Shown here one piece after another: positions 10,003-20,866 of a stretch of DNA of 64,000 nucleotides (the stretch's first letter is position 1; each line of letters starts with the position of its first letter). Location of the stretch: NCBI RefSeq assembly GCF_041661885.1, contig NZ_JBAZTL010000009.1, forward strand, positions 3,381 to 67,380, in the 5' to 3' direction. The notes beneath the pieces were generated by a model. That model ran no database searches, was not told the DNA's origin, and saw only the letters and a list, made by a program, of their open reading frames with translations. This DNA comes from Sphingomonas sp. Lineage in GTDB: Bacteria > Pseudomonadota > Alphaproteobacteria > Sphingomonadales > Sphingomonadaceae. The position numbers were made by a program, and so were the translations under genes.

Positions 10003-10075
10003 GGCACTGTCTCCTAAATCGGAGGATCACCCTAGCCCGTCGCCGCTATCGCCGCCAGCCCGCTCCTCCGCTCCG

Positions 10076-11044
10076 TTACCGTGACGGCGCGAGCTTGGTG
10101 TTGAGCACCCAGCCGACATTGTCATTCTCGTCAGCGACTTCCCACCACAGGCCGTTCTTGTTGCCGGTGGGGTAAACGATCGCCCCGGCAGGCAAGGTCC
10201 GCAACACGCGACCGGTTGCGCTCGCACTCGTGCGCAAGGCGAGCGGGCCTTGCGCCGTGAAGGTCTTGGCGGGAGCGGCTTCGGCGGTGCCGGTGTCACC
10301 CGGCGTCACGTAACCGAGATCGTTGACGAGCTTGGCATAGGCCTGAATGAACGCCAGCGTTACGATCCGGCCAATATCGGTATTGTCATAACCGCCACCG
10401 ATTACGCCGCCACCGACACCCCCGCCAAACACGCCGCCACCACCGCCAAAGCTGAGGCTGTTCTTCGCAGCATAGCCATCTTCGGTTGCCAGCGTCTCCG
10501 TGGTACGCACATTGGTGATCGACAGCACGACATTGGCTTCCATCTTTCGGCTGCGCACGCCGCCGACGATCCCGCCGATCGGTCCGCCGATCAAGCCACC
10601 GAGCCCCGCCGCAACGCCGCTGCCGCTGGCGTTGCTGTTGGCACCCTGCACTTCGGCCTGCAGGACATAGTCGGCGGCCTTGATCTGGCCCTGGCCGACA
10701 TTGGAACCGCGCTGCAGCCCCAAATTCCCGCCAATATCGCGCTCACGCTGCGCTGCCTGCAGACCGCTGCCGCGATCGACGATGTTGAAACAGCCCGAAC
10801 GCTGCACCAGCACCTTGAGCAATTTCTGGGGCGGCGCGAGGTTATATTGCGTCCAGCCGCGCGAATCGTCGCCATCGACAATCGAGATCGTGCCATGTTT
10901 GCGCGCGCAATGTGGCACGTCGTTCATGGTCGCTTCCTGCAACTTCTGCGTACCCGACGGCTTCGCCAGTCGCTGCGCCTCAACCTGCACCGGCACGCTA
11001 CCGATGATCGCCGCCATCGCCATTCCGGTCGCGAATTTCGACAT
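10076..11044 (-). CDS. CsgG/HfaB-family protein with glycine-zipper segment and C-terminal SH3-like domain
   Basis: [10 protein letters not shown]...ERD and [10 protein letters not shown] CsgG-like motifs; C-terminal [18 protein letters not shown]...WWEV...GWV is SH3b-like. Confidence 0.75.
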   Translation of the reverse strand: MSKFATGMAMAAIIGSVPVQVEAQRLAKPSGTQKLQEATMNDVPHCARKHGTISIVDGDDSRGWTQYNLAPPQKLLKVLVQRSGCFNIVDRGSGLQAAQRERDIGGNLGLQRGSNVGQGQIKAADYVLQAEVQGANSNASGSGVAAGLGGLIGGPIGGIVGGVRSRKMEANVVLSITNVRTTETLATEDGYAAKNSLSFGGGGGVFGGGVGGGVIGGGYDNTDIGRIVTLAFIQAYAKLVNDLGYVTPGDTGTAEAAPAKTFTAQGPLALRTSASATGRVLRTLPAGAIVYPTGNKNGLWWEVADENDNVGWVLNTKLAPSR

Positions 11045-11200
11045 ACTCTGCCCCCCCGCTTAGAGTCGTTACACTGGCTGGATATCCGATTTGCGGCGAG
11101 TGGCATAGGCCATCGCGACGATGATGACGGGCTTTGTGCCCACGCGCTGGCGATGCTATGGGCCGCTTTTCCTTTCCGCAGCATTCATCCGGGCGAATTC

Positions 11201-13009
11201 GTGACCCCTCTCCAAAACATCCGCAATTTCAGCATCATCGCCCATATCGATCATGGCAAGTCGACGCTTGCCGATCGCCTGATCCAGGCGACCGGTGGCC
11301 TCAGCGACCGTGAAATGTCCGAACAAGTTCTTGATAACATGGACATTGAGAAAGAACGCGGCATCACCATCAAGGCACAGACGGTGCGGCTGCGCTATAC
11401 CGCCAAGGACGGGATCGAATATGCCCTCAACTTGATGGACACGCCGGGCCATGTCGACTTCGCCTATGAAGTCAGCCGCAGCCTCGCCGCGTGTGAAGGC
11501 GCGCTGCTGGTGGTCGATGCGGCGCAAGGCGTCGAGGCGCAGACGCTCGCCAACGTCTATCAGTCGATCGAGCATGACCATGAGATCGTGCCCGTCATCA
11601 ACAAAATCGACCTCCCCGCCGCCGACCCGGACAAGGTGAAGGCCGAGATCGAGGAAGTGATCGGCCTCGATGCCAGCCAGGCGGTGCTGACCAGCGCCAA
11701 GGCCGGCATCGGCATTGCCGAAGTCCTCGAAGCGATCGTCACGCGCATCCCGCCGCCCAAGGGCGATGCCGATGCGCCGCTCAAAGCCATGCTGGTCGAT
11801 AGCTGGTACGACCCCTATCTCGGCGTCGTCATCCTCGTCCGCGTGATGGCGGGCGTGCTGAAAAAGGGCCAGCAGATCAAGTTCATGCAAGCGGGCACGC
11901 TGCATCTGGTCGACCGCGTCGGCTGCTTCCGCCCCAAGATCGAGCAATTGACCGATCTCGGCCCCGGCGAGATCGGCTTCATTACGGCGCAGATCAAGGA
12001 AGTCGCGCAGACCCGCGTCGGCGACACCATCACCGACGCCAAGCGCCCCGCCGCCGAGCCGCTGCCGGGCTTCAAGGAAGTTCAACCGGTGGTGTTTTGC
12101 GGCCTGTTCCCGGTCGATGCGAACGATTTCGAGAAACTGCGCGAAAGCATCAGCAAGCTGCGCCTCAACGACGCGTCGTTCAGCTTCGAGATGGAAACCT
12201 CGGCCGCGCTCGGTTTCGGCTTCCGCTGCGGTTTCCTCGGCCTGCTCCACCTCGAAATCATCCAGGAGCGCCTCACGCGCGAATATGATCTCGACCTCAT
12301 CACCACAGCGCCGTCGGTGGTCTATGAAATCGAGCTGACGCATGGCGGTGGGCAAATCGAGCTGCACAACCCCGCCGACATGCCCGATCCCAACAAGATC
12401 GAGAGCATTTCCGAACCGTGGATCGAAGCGGTGATCTACGTTCCCGACGAATATCTCGGCAGCATCCTGAAGCTGTGCCAGGACCGGCGCGGCATCCAGA
12501 AGGACCTGACCTATGTCGGCGGGCGCGCGCAGGCGACCTATGAGCTGCCGCTCAACGAAGTGGTGTTCGACTTCTATGACCGGCTGAAGAGCATTTCGCG
12601 CGGCTATGCCTCGTTTGATTATCACCAGATCGGCTATCGCGAGGGCGACCTCGTCAAGATGAGTATCCTCGTCAACAACGAGCCTGTCGATGCGCTGTCG
12701 ATGATCGTCCACCGCGGCACCGCCGAGACGCGCGGGCGTGGGATGTGCGAGCGCCTCAAGGATCTGATCCCGCGCCATCTGTTCAAAATCCCGATCCAGG
12801 CGGCGATCGGCGGCAAGGTGATCGCGCGCGAGACGATCGCGGCGATGCGCAAGGACGTGACCGCGAAATGTTACGGGGGCGACGCCAGCCGCAAGCGCAA
12901 GCTGCTCGACAAGCAGAAAGAGGGCAAGAAGCGGATGCGCGAATATGGCTCGGTCAGCATCCCGCAGGAGGCGTTTATCGCGGCGCTGCGGATGGGGGAT
13001 GAGGGGTAG
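11201..13009 (+). CDS. lepA: Translation elongation factor 4
   Basis: [47 protein letters not shown]; GTG start. Confidence 0.98.
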   Translation: MTPLQNIRNFSIIAHIDHGKSTLADRLIQATGGLSDREMSEQVLDNMDIEKERGITIKAQTVRLRYTAKDGIEYALNLMDTPGHVDFAYEVSRSLAACEGALLVVDAAQGVEAQTLANVYQSIEHDHEIVPVINKIDLPAADPDKVKAEIEEVIGLDASQAVLTSAKAGIGIAEVLEAIVTRIPPPKGDADAPLKAMLVDSWYDPYLGVVILVRVMAGVLKKGQQIKFMQAGTLHLVDRVGCFRPKIEQLTDLGPGEIGFITAQIKEVAQTRVGDTITDAKRPAAEPLPGFKEVQPVVFCGLFPVDANDFEKLRESISKLRLNDASFSFEMETSAALGFGFRCGFLGLLHLEIIQERLTREYDLDLITTAPSVVYEIELTHGGGQIELHNPADMPDPNKIESISEPWIEAVIYVPDEYLGSILKLCQDRRGIQKDLTYVGGRAQATYELPLNEVVFDFYDRLKSISRGYASFDYHQIGYREGDLVKMSILVNNEPVDALSMIVHRGTAETRGRGMCERLKDLIPRHLFKIPIQAAIGGKVIARETIAAMRKDVTAKCYGGDASRKRKLLDKQKEGKKRMREYGSVSIPQEAFIAALRMGDEG

Positions 13010-13137
13010 CGCTGGACTGGACGGCGGCGGCTACGGCGGACACCGGGCGATGGGGATTTGATGGGCCGCTATGCGCCTCAAATTTGGTGATTTGGATCGG
13101 TAAATTTCCGGTCGAGGGACGCCAAGATTGCGGGTTG

Positions 13138-14811
13138 TTACCCGAGCGCCGCGCAACGCACTTCATCGCGGCTCCATGCGAGGAAGGCGGCTTCGTCCAT
13201 TGGCTGGGCGATCACATAGCCCTGGATCACGTCGCAGCCGATGACGCGCAGAATGTCGGCCTGGGCGTGGGTTTCGACGCCTTCGCCAACGGCTTCGCAA
13301 CCAAGGCCGTGGATCAGCCCGATCACTGCATGGGCAATCGTGCGTGCGGCGGCATCGTCGACGATATGTTCGACCAGGCTGCGGTCGAGCTTGATCCGGT
13401 CGAGCGGGAGCGCGCGCAGCCGGGCGATGTTCGAATAGCCGGTGCCGAAATCGTCGATCGCGATCGTCGCGCCATCGGCACGCAACAGCGCAATCGCCTC
13501 CAGCACGTCGTCGCTGCAATGCATCGCCAGCGTTTCAGTGATTTCGAGTTCGAGCAGGCGCGCGGGTGCGTCGGCGCGGTGCATCGCCTCGCGCAGGCGG
13601 CGGAAGAAGCTGGCATGGTCGAGCTGACGCGGCGAGACATTGACGGCGAGCCGCTGCTCGATCCCCATCCGGCTCCAGCGCGCGATCGTCTCGGCAACAC
13701 TGTGGACGACCCATTCGCCGATCTCAACGATCAGCCCGGTTTCCTCGGCGCGCTCAAGGAAGGTGCCGGGCAGGCGCAGCCCGTCACGCGGATGGCGCCA
13801 GCGCAGCAGCGCCTCGGCGGCGACGATCTGGCCCTTGCCGGTGCTCACCTGCGGTTGAAAGACGAGGGTAAATTCATCGCGGTCAATCGCCTCGCGCAAA
13901 TCGCTTTCGAGGCCGGCGCGCTCCTCGATCTGCGCGGCCAGTTCCGCCGAGAAATGCTCGGTCCGACCGCGACCACTGCCCTTAGCGTGATACATGGCGG
14001 CGTCGGCAGCGCGCATCAGGTCAGTCAGCGTCTCGCCGTGGTCAGGCCGCAACGCAACCCCGATCGACGCGCCGATCGTGACTTGCGTGCCCGCCAGATC
14101 GAACGGCTCGGCCAGCGCGAACAAAACCGCGCGCCCGATCCGCGCCGCCTCGACCGTGTCGACATGCGCGAAGAACATCGTAAATTCATCCCCCGCCAGG
14201 CGACCGATCAGCGGCGCCGGCCCCGCGTCGGGAATTGCGACGCCATCGGCAACCGCGCGCAGCCGGTTGGCAACCATCCCCAGCAGCATGTCGCCGCAGG
14301 CATGGCCCATCGTATCGTTGACGCTCTTGAAGCGATCGAGGTCGATGAAGAACAACGCCCCGCCAATGCCCGGCTGGACAATCGACAACAGACGCTCGCA
14401 CGTCCGGCGGAAATTGGTGCGGTTGGCGAGCCCGGTCACCGGATCAAACATGGCCAGCCGTTGCACGCTGTCGAGATTGGCGTTCAACTGCGCGAACAGG
14501 CCGTGCATGGCGGCGGCGAGTTGCGGTACATTGTCGCCGATTTCCGCGGGAATCTGGTCGCTGAGGTCGCCATGCGCGGCTTGCGACAAGCGCGCAATGG
14601 CCGCGTCGATCGCCGAGGCGATGCCCGAAATGCTGCGCTCGGCCGACGCCCAGCACATGATCGCGCACACGATTGCCGGGATCAGCGCGCGCGAAATGTT
14701 GCTGATATCGACGCCGCCGGACGAGGTGGCGGCCAAAGCGAGGATGAACGCCACCGCACCGGCGCTGATCGCAAAGACGATCGCGCGGCTCTTGAGCGTT
14801 ACCCCTTCCAT
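13138..14811 (-). CDS. Membrane-anchored (2 TM + HAMP-like) GGDEF-EAL protein
   Basis: DLDRFKSVND, RLAGDEF, EALLRW, ELEITET, DDFGTGYS, EGVET, QGY motifs. Confidence 0.92.
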   Translation of the reverse strand: MEGVTLKSRAIVFAISAGAVAFILALAATSSGGVDISNISRALIPAIVCAIMCWASAERSISGIASAIDAAIARLSQAAHGDLSDQIPAEIGDNVPQLAAAMHGLFAQLNANLDSVQRLAMFDPVTGLANRTNFRRTCERLLSIVQPGIGGALFFIDLDRFKSVNDTMGHACGDMLLGMVANRLRAVADGVAIPDAGPAPLIGRLAGDEFTMFFAHVDTVEAARIGRAVLFALAEPFDLAGTQVTIGASIGVALRPDHGETLTDLMRAADAAMYHAKGSGRGRTEHFSAELAAQIEERAGLESDLREAIDRDEFTLVFQPQVSTGKGQIVAAEALLRWRHPRDGLRLPGTFLERAEETGLIVEIGEWVVHSVAETIARWSRMGIEQRLAVNVSPRQLDHASFFRRLREAMHRADAPARLLELEITETLAMHCSDDVLEAIALLRADGATIAIDDFGTGYSNIARLRALPLDRIKLDRSLVEHIVDDAAARTIAHAVIGLIHGLGCEAVGEGVETHAQADILRVIGCDVIQGYVIAQPMDEAAFLAWSRDEVRCAALG

Positions 14812-14881
14812 TGCGATGTCGCAAACTCCCCCTAGCCGGATGCAAAACGCACCGGCGCGAGAGGAACATGGCAGCGAAAGG

Positions 14882-15478
14882 TTAAGACTTTCGCGAGGCC
14901 CGCGCGCGTTTCAGCACGATGTAGAGCGCGCCACTGCCGCCGTGACGCGGATGCGCCGCGCGCACCGCCGCGATTGCATCGGCGTGGCGCGATCCGGCGA
15001 GCCAGTCTCCCGTCGCCGCGCGGATTGCACCGCGTGCGTGCGGCCGCTCGCTGGTCGGGCGCGGCGGTTTGCCGGTCACCAGCAGGATCGTACGATCGCC
15101 CGCCCGGATCGCGGCATCCAGGGCACCGTCCAGCACAGTATAGGCCGATTGCAGCGTGTGCCCGTGCAAATCGATCGTGCGATCGGGCGACACCAGCCCG
15201 CGCGCAATCTGCTTGTCCCATGTGCCGTCGAGCGTGTTGGCAGGGGGTTTTGGCGCGGCGAGCGGTCGCACGGTTCTGGTGGCGACCGGAACAGCGGCGG
15301 AAGGGCGGATGGCGGGGCGTTTGGCCGGTTCCACGCGGGCAGCCTCGGGCACGGCAACCGGCTTGGCTGCGCTTGCTGTGGCGGGCTTGGGCGGGGCGGG
15401 CTTGGCCAACGGGCGTACCCCCGCCATCACCCGCGCCCATAGCGCCGCTTCATCAGAACTGAGGCGACGCGTTCCCAT
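14882..15478 (-). CDS. Smr/MutS2 domain protein
   Basis: IDLHG, LLVTGKG-like VTGK and HGGSGALY Smr motifs. Confidence 0.88.
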   Translation of the reverse strand: MGTRRLSSDEAALWARVMAGVRPLAKPAPPKPATASAAKPVAVPEAARVEPAKRPAIRPSAAVPVATRTVRPLAAPKPPANTLDGTWDKQIARGLVSPDRTIDLHGHTLQSAYTVLDGALDAAIRAGDRTILLVTGKPPRPTSERPHARGAIRAATGDWLAGSRHADAIAAVRAAHPRHGGSGALYIVLKRARASRKS

Positions 15479-16817
15479 CGGGCCTCTCACCAAACCGACG
15501 GGCGCCCGTCAGCCGCTGAATCGTGCCCGTCGGCAGCAGCAGAAAGGCGGTTCCGCGCGCCGCCATGCCGCCGGCGATCGCCTCTGCATCTGGCCCCGCG
15601 CCCCAAAAGGTGTCGATGCGATTGGCACCCTTGATCGCGCCCCCGGTATCCTGCGCAATCCACAGGCGGCTGGCATCGGTACGGTCCATCGACAACAGCA
15701 CCGGCGCGCCCAGCGGCACGAAATGCGGATCGGCGGCGGCACTGACTCCGCCTGTTACCACAATCCCGAGCGCACCAAGCGGCGGCCCGGACAGTTCGCG
15801 GAAGAACACATAGCTCTTATTCTCGCGCATGATGTCGCGGCCCTGCTCGGGATGATCGTGCAGCCATTGCGACAGGCCCTGCATTGAACTTTGGCCGGGT
15901 GCGAGCAGCCCGCGCTTCTTCATCAGTGCGCCAATGCCCGTGTAATCACGCCCGTTCTGATTGTCATAGCCGATCCGCAGGATCGAGCCGTCGGGCAAGC
16001 GCAACCGCCCCGAGCCCTGCACTTGCAGGAAGAACAAATCGACCGGGTCCGCCGCCCAGGCCAGCACCGTCGCGCGCCCGGCAAGTGTACCGGTCTCGAT
16101 CGCGGTACGATCATCATAGGGTATGAAATTGCGACCATCGACGCGGCCACGAATCTTCTTGCCCTTCAGCGTATCGTTGAACTGCCCGAGATCAACCTCG
16201 ATCAGATCGTTCGGCCGGGCATAAACCGGCACTTCATACCCGCGCCGCCGCTCGCGCGCACCGCGGATTTCGGGTTCGTAATAACCGGTGGCAAAGGCCT
16301 TGCCGTCGCCGATTTGCGCCGTTTCGAAATACTCGGCGAAGAAAGCACGCGCTTCGCCGGCACGCACGCTTTTCGCCGCGCTGCACGCCGGGGCCCAATC
16401 CTCGCCCCGCGTCAGCCCGGACACATCGGGACGGCGCATCAGGGACGGGCACGACGCCTGAAAGGCAAGGAGCGCACGCGCCGCCGCATCGTCATCAATC
16501 GGTAGCGTGTAAACCGGCGGGCCAGCCACAACCCCGGCACCGACGGCGGTTGCGGTGCCGGGCGCAATCGGCGCGGCTGGGAGCGGCGTAATCGGGGTTG
16601 CCGCCACGGGTTTGCGAACCGGAACCGGACGATTGCCGACAGGGCGCGGACGCTCGACCTGGCCACCACAGGCAGCAAGCAACATGGTGAGCACCCCCGC
16701 CAGCAGGATCCGCCCCGACCGAAAACCACCGGAACGGCGGGAAACCGCCGACCGTGCCCCGTCCCTCGCCGCTACCGACGCGAACGCAAGATCGTCGATG
16801 CTTCTGCCCCCCAGCAT
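15453..16817 (-). CDS. mltA: Membrane-bound lytic murein transglycosylase A
   Basis: Lipobox LLAAC, ATGYYEP, FFLQVQGSG, QDTGGAIKG...DTFWG; start codon uncertain. Confidence 0.92.
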   Translation of the reverse strand: MLGGRSIDDLAFASVAARDGARSAVSRRSGGFRSGRILLAGVLTMLLAACGGQVERPRPVGNRPVPVRKPVAATPITPLPAAPIAPGTATAVGAGVVAGPPVYTLPIDDDAAARALLAFQASCPSLMRRPDVSGLTRGEDWAPACSAAKSVRAGEARAFFAEYFETAQIGDGKAFATGYYEPEIRGARERRRGYEVPVYARPNDLIEVDLGQFNDTLKGKKIRGRVDGRNFIPYDDRTAIETGTLAGRATVLAWAADPVDLFFLQVQGSGRLRLPDGSILRIGYDNQNGRDYTGIGALMKKRGLLAPGQSSMQGLSQWLHDHPEQGRDIMRENKSYVFFRELSGPPLGALGIVVTGGVSAAADPHFVPLGAPVLLSMDRTDASRLWIAQDTGGAIKGANRIDTFWGAGPDAEAIAGGMAARGTAFLLLPTGTIQRLTGARRFGERPDGNASPQF

Positions 16818-16822
16818 TGGCG

Positions 16823-17467
16823 TTATGCCTCGTCGGTGTCGGCGAGTTTCCAATTCGGGTCGCTGCTCTTGAGCGTGCGCACGAAGGTCCACACATCATG
16901 CGTTTCGACCGCATCGGTCATCGAGCCCGCAATCACCGTGCCATCGGCATCGCGCGTCACCGCAGCAATATCGGCATCGAAGCGCACCGTGACCCGCGCG
17001 ACCTTGCCCTCAAGCGAAGCGTCGGAGATGATCGCGCGTTCGATCGAAATGAGCCGGTTGTCGAGCACATGGCCCGCCGTGTTGCGCGCCAGAATTGCGG
17101 TGGTGAAGGCATCGCGCACCGAATCCTCGGCCAGCCAGCCAAGCTGTTCCTCGTCGCCCTTCCAGAACGCCTCCAAGATCATGCGATAGGCGGCCTGTGC
17201 CCCCCCCAGAAAGCGCGTGACGTCGAAGGTGGAATCGGCGGCGATGATCGCGCGGATACCGGCCTCCGCCTTGGGTTCGATGTTGCGGATAACAGGTTCG
17301 CGTACCTCGCCGATTGCCTCAACCTGGCGCGGGACCACCGTCAACGGCGCGCGTTCTTCGGCGGGCTTTGGCATGGGCTGTTCATGCCCCGTGCGCTTGC
17401 CCAGCACCCGGTACAGGTTGAGCGCGAGGAACGCGGTCAGCATTACGAGAATAACGGTCAGGAACAC
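16823..17467 (-). CDS. Tim44/TimA-family inner-membrane protein
   Basis: N-terminal TM then LYRVLGKRTG, FLGGAQAAYRMILEAF, DVWTF..PNWKL Tim44 motifs. Confidence 0.88.
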   Translation of the reverse strand: MFLTVILVMLTAFLALNLYRVLGKRTGHEQPMPKPAEERAPLTVVPRQVEAIGEVREPVIRNIEPKAEAGIRAIIAADSTFDVTRFLGGAQAAYRMILEAFWKGDEEQLGWLAEDSVRDAFTTAILARNTAGHVLDNRLISIERAIISDASLEGKVARVTVRFDADIAAVTRDADGTVIAGSMTDAVETHDVWTFVRTLKSSDPNWKLADTDEA

Positions 17468-17556
17468 GCGGCCTCCGGGGCTTTCAATAGAGGGGACACA
17501 TAGGCCGATCGCGCCCAGGATTCAAATCGTGCAATGAGATGACGCGTCGCACCGAG

Positions 17557-17585
17557 TTGAACTCGGCCCACCCCCCTGCTAGGCG
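17557..17585 (+). promoter_or_regulatory. Putative sigma70-type promoter of secB
   Basis: TTGAAC-N17-TAGGCG, with GC before the -10. The -35 lies inside the palindrome CCGAGTT-G-AACTCGG (17552-17566). Confidence 0.5.
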
Positions 17586-17646
17586 CGCGCTTTCGACGAA
17601 GCCACGGAAGTGTGGCGCTTATACGATCAGGGTAAGGACGAGTTCC

Positions 17647-18168
17647 ATGAGCGAGCAGGACGACGGCTTCATCACCACCACGGTTCCGACGACCGACCCC
17701 TATGGCAATGGCGCGGACACGACTCCTGCCGCCGGCCTCATCTCGCAATATGTGAAGGACTTGTCGTTCGAAAATCCGAACGCGCCGGCCATTTTCCAGA
17801 ACCAGACCGCGCCTGCCATCGACGTGCAGTTCAATATCGCCTCGGCGCAAGTTGGCGACGATGTCTATGAAATCGTGTTGCGCATCGAGGTGAAGGCAGA
17901 GGCAGAGGGCACCGTCGCCTTCCTGGTCGATCTTTCCTTTGCCGGGCTGTTCGGCCTGCGCAATTTCCCCGCCGAGCATCTCCAGCCGTTCCTGCTGGCC
18001 GAAGCGCCGCGCCTGATCTTCCCGTTCGCGCGCCGCGTGTTGGCCGACGCGATCCGCGACGGTGGTTTCCCGCCGCTGCTGCTCGAACCGATCGATTTCG
18101 CCAGCGTCTTCCTGCAGCAGCAGGAAGCCGCCGAAGAGGCGATCGGCGAGACGGTCGGCAACGCATAA
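17647..18168 (+). CDS. secB: Protein export chaperone SecB
   Basis: QYVKDLSFENP, PRLIFPFAR, LLLEPIDF motifs. Confidence 0.96.
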   Translation: MSEQDDGFITTTVPTTDPYGNGADTTPAAGLISQYVKDLSFENPNAPAIFQNQTAPAIDVQFNIASAQVGDDVYEIVLRIEVKAEAEGTVAFLVDLSFAGLFGLRNFPAEHLQPFLLAEAPRLIFPFARRVLADAIRDGGFPPLLLEPIDFASVFLQQQEAAEEAIGETVGNA

Positions 18169-18233
18169 GTGGCCTTGTCATCCCCTTCCGCCACGGTTTG
18201 CGCTGAAGGGGATGTTTTTGTGAAGACAGCGCC

Positions 18234-19832
18234 ATGAACCTCGTCAAGTCGCTTGGCTCGATCGGCGGCCTGACGCTGGCCAGCCGCGTGCTCGCTTTGG
18301 TGCGCGATTCGCTGGCGGCGCGCTATGTCGGGGCGGGCTTCGCGTCGGACGCGTTCAACGGCGTTGCCTTCCGTTTGCCCAACATGTTCCGCGCCTTGTT
18401 TGCGGAAGGCGCGTTTTCCGCTGCCTTCATCCCGATGTTCAACAAGAAGGCCGCCGGGCCCGACGGCATCGCCGGCGGCTATCAATTCGCCGAGCGCGCG
18501 CTGGCGGTGCTGCTGCCGATCCTGATCCTGTTCACAGGCGCGCTGATCCTGGCGGCCTGGCCGATCACCTGGCTGCTCTCGGGCGGTTTCGCGCGCCAGC
18601 ATCCGACCCACGAGCAATTCGCCTTTGCGGTGATGCTCTCGCGGATCACGCTGCCTTATCTGGCGCTGATTTCGCTGGCGTCGCTCTTGGGGGGCATCCT
18701 CAATTCGCTCGACAAATTCTGGGTCAATGCCGCCGCCCCGATCCTGCTCAATCTCGCGATGATCGTCGGGCTGTGGTTCTTCCACGGCACCGACGTCTAT
18801 CAGACCGCGCGCGTGCAGGCGATCTCGGTAACGGTCGGCGGCGTGTTGCAATTGCTGTGGCTGATATGGGCGTGCCACCGCGCTGGAGTCGACATGCGGC
18901 TGCGCTTGCCCCGCCTCGATGCCGATGTGCGCGAGATGTTGCGGTTGATCGTCCCCGCCGCCGCCGGAGCGGGTGCATCGCAGATCAATTTGCTGATCTC
19001 GACCTCGCTCGCGGGCAGCCTGCTCGCCTCGGGCTCGATCACCTATATCTATTATGCCGACCGGCTGAACCAGTTACCGCTCGGACTGATCGGGATTGGC
19101 CTGGGCACGATTCTGTTGCCGACCATCTCCCGCCTGCTCTCGACCGGGCAGGACAGTGCCGCGATGGAAACGCAGAATCGCGGGATCGAGTTGGCGCTGT
19201 TCCTCACCCTCCCCGCCACCGTCGCCTTCATGGTCGCCGCCGAGCCGATCGTGCGCGGGCTGTTCCAATATGGGCATTTCACCGCGATGGACGCGCGCCG
19301 CTGCGGCTGGGCGCTCAGCGCCTTCTCGATCGGCCTGCCATCCTATGTGCTCGTGAAGGTGCTGACGCCCGGTTATTATGCGCGCGGCGATACCAGGACG
19401 CCGGTGCGCTACGCGATGATTTCGATTGCGGTGAACATCGTCGGCAACCTCATCCTGATCCCGCTGATCGGCCATATCGGCCCGCCGCTCGCCACCGCGC
19501 TCGCCTCGACTGTGAATGTCGCGATGCTGTATCGCACACTCGTTGCGCGCGGCCATTTTACAGCGGACAGCGCTCTGCGCCGCAAGGTCCCGCGCCTGCT
19601 GCTCGCAGCATTACTGATGGGCGCCACCGTTTTCGCGTTCGAGCGCTTGCTCACTCCCTATCTCGGCGGCGCGCTGATCGTGCGCTATGCCGCCCTTGGC
19701 GTACTGGTCGGCGCGGGCAGCGCGGTCTATGGCGTGGCCTGTTTCGTCACCGGTGCTTACCGGATCGCGGACCTGAAGGCGCTGATGCGGCGGCGCGGCG
19801 CCTCCAACACCCCCAAGCCCGCCCAGGAATAA
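18234..19832 (+). CDS. murJ: Lipid II flippase MurJ (MviN)
   Basis: SRVLALVRD, FRLPNMFRALFAEGAFSAAF, YYADRLNQLPLG motifs. Confidence 0.96.
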   Translation: MNLVKSLGSIGGLTLASRVLALVRDSLAARYVGAGFASDAFNGVAFRLPNMFRALFAEGAFSAAFIPMFNKKAAGPDGIAGGYQFAERALAVLLPILILFTGALILAAWPITWLLSGGFARQHPTHEQFAFAVMLSRITLPYLALISLASLLGGILNSLDKFWVNAAAPILLNLAMIVGLWFFHGTDVYQTARVQAISVTVGGVLQLLWLIWACHRAGVDMRLRLPRLDADVREMLRLIVPAAAGAGASQINLLISTSLAGSLLASGSITYIYYADRLNQLPLGLIGIGLGTILLPTISRLLSTGQDSAAMETQNRGIELALFLTLPATVAFMVAAEPIVRGLFQYGHFTAMDARRCGWALSAFSIGLPSYVLVKVLTPGYYARGDTRTPVRYAMISIAVNIVGNLILIPLIGHIGPPLATALASTVNVAMLYRTLVARGHFTADSALRRKVPRLLLAALLMGATVFAFERLLTPYLGGALIVRYAALGVLVGAGSAVYGVACFVTGAYRIADLKALMRRRGASNTPKPAQE

Positions 19833-19836
19833 GCGT

Positions 19837-20853
19837 ATGCGTGTCGTCTCCGGCATCCAGCCAACCGGCAACCTTCACCTCGGCAATTATCTTGGTGCGA
19901 TCAAGCAGTGGGTGGCCCTTCAAGATTCAATGGGGCAGGATGCGATGCCGGAAGGCGATGATTGCCTGTTCTTCCTGGCCGATCTCCACGCGCTGTCGCA
20001 GCCGGTCATCCCGGCGGAACTCAACGCCCACACCACCGAAATGGCCGCAACCTTGCTCGCCTGCGGCATCGACCCCAAACGCGCGATCCTGTTCAACCAG
20101 GCGCGTGTGCCCGCGCACAGCGCGCTCCATTGGATTCTGGGCGGCACCGCACGCATGGGCTGGCTCGGCCGCATGACGCAGTGGAAGGACAAGGCCGGCA
20201 AGAAGGGCGAGACGCAAAGCGTCGGCCTGTTCACTTACCCCGTGCTGCAAGCCGCCGACGTGTTGCTCTATCAGGCGACGCATGTGCCGGTCGGCGAGGA
20301 CCAGAAGCAGCATCTGGAACTCGCGCGCGACATCGCGGTGAAGTTCAACACCGATTATGGCGACACCTTCACCCTGCCCGAGCCGTTCATCTCCAAGGCC
20401 GCCCCGCGCATCATGAGCTTGCGCGATGCGAGCGCGAAAATGTCCAAGTCCGATCCGTCGGACGCCAGCCGAATCAATCTGGTCGATGACGACGACACGA
20501 TCGCGGGCAAGATCCGCAAGGCCAAGAGCGATGCCGATGGCTTGCCGGGCGAAGTTGCCGGCCTCGCCGAACGCGCGGAGGCGCGCAATCTGGTGACGAT
20601 CTACGCAGCCCTTGCCGGCGTGACGCCCGATACGGTGCTGGCGCAATTTGCGGGGCAAGGCTTCGGCGCGTTCAAACCCGCGCTGGCCGATCTGGCAGTG
20701 GCGACGCTCTCGCCGATCCGCCAGCGGCTGACGGGGTTGCTCGACGATCGCGCGGCGGTGAGCGCCGTGCTGGCCGAGGGCGCAGCGCGCGCGAGCGTGC
20801 TGGCGGCCCCGACGCTGGCGGCGGCGCAGGCGGCGGTCGGGTTGCAGGTGTAA
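19837..20853 (+). CDS. trpS: Tryptophan-tRNA ligase
   Basis: SGIQPTGNLHLGNY, YPVLQAAD, VPVGEDQ, KMSKS. Confidence 0.98.
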   Translation: MRVVSGIQPTGNLHLGNYLGAIKQWVALQDSMGQDAMPEGDDCLFFLADLHALSQPVIPAELNAHTTEMAATLLACGIDPKRAILFNQARVPAHSALHWILGGTARMGWLGRMTQWKDKAGKKGETQSVGLFTYPVLQAADVLLYQATHVPVGEDQKQHLELARDIAVKFNTDYGDTFTLPEPFISKAAPRIMSLRDASAKMSKSDPSDASRINLVDDDDTIAGKIRKAKSDADGLPGEVAGLAERAEARNLVTIYAALAGVTPDTVLAQFAGQGFGAFKPALADLAVATLSPIRQRLTGLLDDRAAVSAVLAEGAARASVLAAPTLAAAQAAVGLQV

Positions 20854-20866
20854 CCTCCGCCGCAGG

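Noticed and set aside
10250-11200. Apparent 317-aa N-terminal extension of LepA in the ORF track
   Set aside because: It overlaps the antisense CsgG-like gene; LepA homology begins at GTG 11201.
14882-20853. smr-mltA-tim44 / secB-murJ-trpS cluster as a novel system
   Set aside because: This is a conserved alphaproteobacterial neighbourhood.
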